This document shows positions 61,670 to 64,000 of a stretch of DNA of 64,000 bases, piece after piece. Each line of letters starts with the position of its first letter. Position 1 is the stretch's first letter. A program made the position numbers and the translations under genes. The notes beneath the pieces are model-generated. The model saw nothing but the letters and a program-made list of their open reading frames with translations. It was not told where the DNA came from and made no database searches. The stretch spans positions 256,160-320,159 of the forward strand of contig SCTI01000002.1 of assembly GCA_004297735.1 (NCBI GenBank), in the 5' to 3' direction. The stretch is from Patescibacteria group bacterium. Lineage in GTDB: Bacteria; Patescibacteriota; Saccharimonadia; UBA4664; SCTI01.

Positions 61670-63157
61670 ATGAGTTCTGCAAAACCTCCCGAGTTAACCC
61701 TACGCCAAAAAGCGGTCAAAGGGGTATTTTGGATTGGCTTTGTGACAATTGGCGCCAAAATCCTAAGCGTGATAACCACCCTAATATTGGCGCGGCTACT
61801 TGTACCGGAAGATTTTGGCTTGGTAGCAGTTGCCGGTATTGTTATGAACGCATTAACTATTTTTACCGACTTAGGCCTGGGTACAGCCATTGTCCACAGT
61901 AAGCATGATCGAGACAAGGTTGGTTCAACCGCCCTTGTGATGATGCCGGCAATTGCTACTTTTCTATACATTATTACCTTTATTTTTGCTCCGTCTATAG
62001 CAACAGCTTTAGGAAGTAGCGAAGCCACAAACATTATTAGAATCCTGGCCATTAACCTGCTATTTACCAGCCTGAGTATTGTTCCAAGTGCGCTGATGGA
62101 GAAAGACATGGCCTTTAAGCGCAAGGTTGTACCCGAACTGGTACCAATTTTGGTGTACGTGGTTGTCGCAATTAGTTTAGCGGCCTTTACTCAGCTTGGT
62201 GCCTACAGTATTGTATTTGGTCAGCTGTCCCAGGGTGCCGCTGCCTTTATTTTGTACTGGGCGGTATCAAGCTGGCGGCCAGTTTGGCGATTTAGCACCG
62301 AGGTCGCTAAAGAGTTGATCGGTTACGGTAAGCACGTATTAGGGGGTAGCCTGCTCTTGTTTGCCACCACCAATCTAGACAACGTGTTTGTGAGCCGTAT
62401 TCTTGGAGTGGGATCGCTTGGTTTTTACACTTTGGCGTACTCAATCGCCAATATGCCGGCCACGCACGTGGCGGATGTTTTGGGTAGAGTTCTGTTTCCG
62501 GCTCTTGTGCAGATGAATGACGATTTTGAGAGAATGCGTAAAAACTACATCCGTAGCCTTAAGGTCTTGGTGTTTTTTACCTTTCCATTGCTCGCCGGTT
62601 TGGCGGCTATAGCACCGATTTTTGTGCCGGTGGTACTGGGTGAAAAGTGGATGCCCATGACCGCCGCCTTGTCGATTCTGGCGGTGTTTGGGGCAATTAG
62701 GGTGCTTTCGGGCGCTACCGGCAGCTTGCTGCTGGCCATGGGTAAACCACGCGTCATTTTTTACACCGGAATTACAGGACTAATTTTGCAGGTATTTTGG
62801 TTAAGCTACTTTTTGTTTTATCACCACTTTGGCGTTGCCGGCGCTGCGCTGGCGGTAAGTATCGGCTCAATGATGAATGCCTTGATCGTGTTTGGTTTTG
62901 TGCAAGCATTTATGCAGTTTTCGTATTCACGTATTGGTCTAAATATTGGCAGATGGGTGATTCCCTCACTAATTATGCTGATAGTAGTTTATGGCCTCGC
63001 TATTACGCTTCAACCATCGGTAACGGTGCTTATTTCGCTGGTTGGCTTGGGTGTGGCATTATATCTAGGCAGCTTCGTTATAATTAATGGAAAGAAGCCG
63101 TTAGTACAGATAGTGAACATTGCCCGCCACAAGGGTCGTGGCCAACTAGATTTTTAA
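61670..63157 (+). CDS. polysaccharide biosynthesis protein / Wzx-like flippase (MOP superfamily)
   Basis: The 495-aa product has about 12-14 TM helices, with an N-terminal pattern KGVFWIGFVTIGAKILSVITTLILARLL typical of PST-family flippases. Confidence 0.8.
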   Translation: MSSAKPPELTLRQKAVKGVFWIGFVTIGAKILSVITTLILARLLVPEDFGLVAVAGIVMNALTIFTDLGLGTAIVHSKHDRDKVGSTALVMMPAIATFLYIITFIFAPSIATALGSSEATNIIRILAINLLFTSLSIVPSALMEKDMAFKRKVVPELVPILVYVVVAISLAAFTQLGAYSIVFGQLSQGAAAFILYWAVSSWRPVWRFSTEVAKELIGYGKHVLGGSLLLFATTNLDNVFVSRILGVGSLGFYTLAYSIANMPATHVADVLGRVLFPALVQMNDDFERMRKNYIRSLKVLVFFTFPLLAGLAAIAPIFVPVVLGEKWMPMTAALSILAVFGAIRVLSGATGSLLLAMGKPRVIFYTGITGLILQVFWLSYFLFYHHFGVAGAALAVSIGSMMNALIVFGFVQAFMQFSYSRIGLNIGRWVIPSLIMLIVVYGLAITLQPSVTVLISLVGLGVALYLGSFVIINGKKPLVQIVNIARHKGRGQLDF

Positions 63158-63170
63158 GGAGGAATAAGCC

Positions 63171-63830
63171 TTGTCGCAAAGAGATACAAATAAGTTTTAT
63201 GCCGACCAAGTGGTACGCGTAGCCCCGGGCCAAATGGAATTTATTAAAAAGTATGCAGGAAAGCAGATTTTAGACGTGGCGGCGGCAACTGGCGACTATG
63301 TTGAGGCTCTAAACCAGGAGGGGTATGAGTGTACCGGCAGTGACCTTAATAAAGAGTATGTTGCTATTGCTAAAAAGCGAAATCTACCAGTAATAGTGGC
63401 TGATGCGAGTAATCTTAAGCTTAAAGACAACAGCGTGGACACCGTTATTTTGTTTGAGCTGCTTGAGCACATTAAGGACTCCCAAGACCGTATTGCGATC
63501 ATGAAAGAAGCAAAGCGAGTGGCTCGTAAAAACGTTTTAATAACCACTCCAAACTCTCATCACGTTGAGATGTTGCGCCGGTGCGGTCTCACCTACGAAC
63601 ATATGTTGGAAGTTGACCACAAAGTGTTCTTTACGGATGATCAGATTAAGTCAGATGTGGAAGCCGCTTTTGAGCGCTCCGATATAATCCCTTCGGAACA
63701 AATTGATAATCGTTTATTTGAAGAGTTATTTAATCTTAATCAGAGAAAGTGGCTGCGCCGAACATTTAAGTTCTACCCGTACACTCCCAAGCTTTTTTTC
63801 CGCTACTACGTGGTTGGCGACGCTAGCTAG
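63171..63830 (+). CDS. class I SAM-dependent methyltransferase
   Basis: Motif I is ILDVAAATGDYVEALNQEGYECTGSDLN, and the post-I acidic residue fits a Rossmann-fold methyltransferase. Confidence 0.8.
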   Translation: MSQRDTNKFYADQVVRVAPGQMEFIKKYAGKQILDVAAATGDYVEALNQEGYECTGSDLNKEYVAIAKKRNLPVIVADASNLKLKDNSVDTVILFELLEHIKDSQDRIAIMKEAKRVARKNVLITTPNSHHVEMLRRCGLTYEHMLEVDHKVFFTDDQIKSDVEAAFERSDIIPSEQIDNRLFEELFNLNQRKWLRRTFKFYPYTPKLFFRYYVVGDAS

Positions 63831-63836
63831 ATCAGA

Positions 63837-64000
63837 TTAATTTATATTTGAACCGGTTGGTACAAGATTTAAGGTGAAGTCAGGTATTCGCCGCAAGCCG
63901 TACTGGGCGTAGCTTGATTGGTAGGTTACCGGATTTGCAATCCAGCGCTTGGTGCCATTTTCAAAAGTGTAGATCTTAGGGTCGGATCCGTTCGCTACAT
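63837..64000 (-). CDS. hypothetical protein, C-terminal fragment (gene continues beyond window end)
   Basis: The minus-strand frame reads ...GSDPKIYTFENGTKRWIANPVTYQSSYAQYGLRRIPDFTLNLVPTGSNIN-stop. The family is unknown. Confidence 0.35.
   Translation of the reverse strand, partial: VANGSDPKIYTFENGTKRWIANPVTYQSSYAQYGLRRIPDFTLNLVPTGSNIN

Noticed and set aside
1-64000. CRISPR arrays, transposases, integrases or phage genes
   Set aside because: No direct-repeat/spacer periodicity, DDE or tyrosine-recombinase motifs, or phage structural genes were seen anywhere in the window.

Overview
This window looks like a compact, gene-dense bacterial chromosome segment of about 49% GC. The gene content (short-form YidC, two FemAB paralogs, small Mur ligase, T4SS-like cluster) fits a small-genome, Gram-positive-like lineage such as CPR/Saccharibacteria, but that placement is inference only.

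Layout from 5' to 3':
- **1-12 kb, housekeeping block:** truB (partial), DHH/NrnA-like, rpsT, holA, mutM, NUDIX-wHTH, polA, rpoD, dnaG.
- **12-16 kb:** tRNA-Ser(GGA), a MacB/FtsEX-like ABC pair, a DUF4260-like membrane protein and a SIS-type PGI/PMI.
- **16.36-17.35 kb, anomalous island:** about 950 bp at 70-80% GC, bounded by rho-independent terminators, lying between the PGI/PMI gene and groESL.
- **17.5-28 kb:** groESL with a CIRCE operator, a DDAH/amidinotransferase-like gene, a Mur ligase, two tandem FemAB genes, tsaD, valS and a TPR-like protein.
- **28.5-30.8 kb, tRNA cluster:** tRNA-Ser(GCU), tRNA-Ser(CGA), tRNA-Arg and tRNA-Ser(UGA) interleaved with an HD-domain gene and a Pro-rich membrane-protein gene. 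With the copy at 12.8 kb, all four Ser isoacceptor families are present.
- **30.9-32.6 kb:** a RelE/ParE toxin with an RHH antitoxin and a textbook promoter/operator, comFC, hsp20.
- **32.7-50.7 kb, most notable region:** a type IV secretion-like island of about 18 kb.
  - Eight tandem, diversified VirB2/TrbC-like pilin paralogs sit on the minus strand.
  - A divergent plus-strand operon encodes two VirB6/TrbL-like polytopic proteins, a VirB3-like protein and a VirB4 ATPase split into two ORFs.
  - Two large cell-wall hydrolases follow: one bitopic with an M15/LAS motif, one SLT+SGNH+M23-like.
  - The cluster ends with an AT-rich membrane-anchored beta-propeller-like protein.
  - No VirD4, relaxase or VirB11 is visible in the window.
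- **50.7-56.9 kb, origin region:** DUF721(DciA-like)-recF-dnaN-dnaA on the minus strand, DnaA boxes, then rpmH-rnpA-yidC-jag on the plus strand.
- **56.9-64 kb:** a surface-polysaccharide cluster (GT4, O-antigen-ligase-like, GT2, GT1, Wzx-like flippase, SAM methyltransferase) and a partial CDS.

No CRISPR array, transposase or integrase was seen. A short palindromic dispersed repeat (GGTCNGACC, in tandem copies about 17 bp apart) recurs in several intergenic regions.
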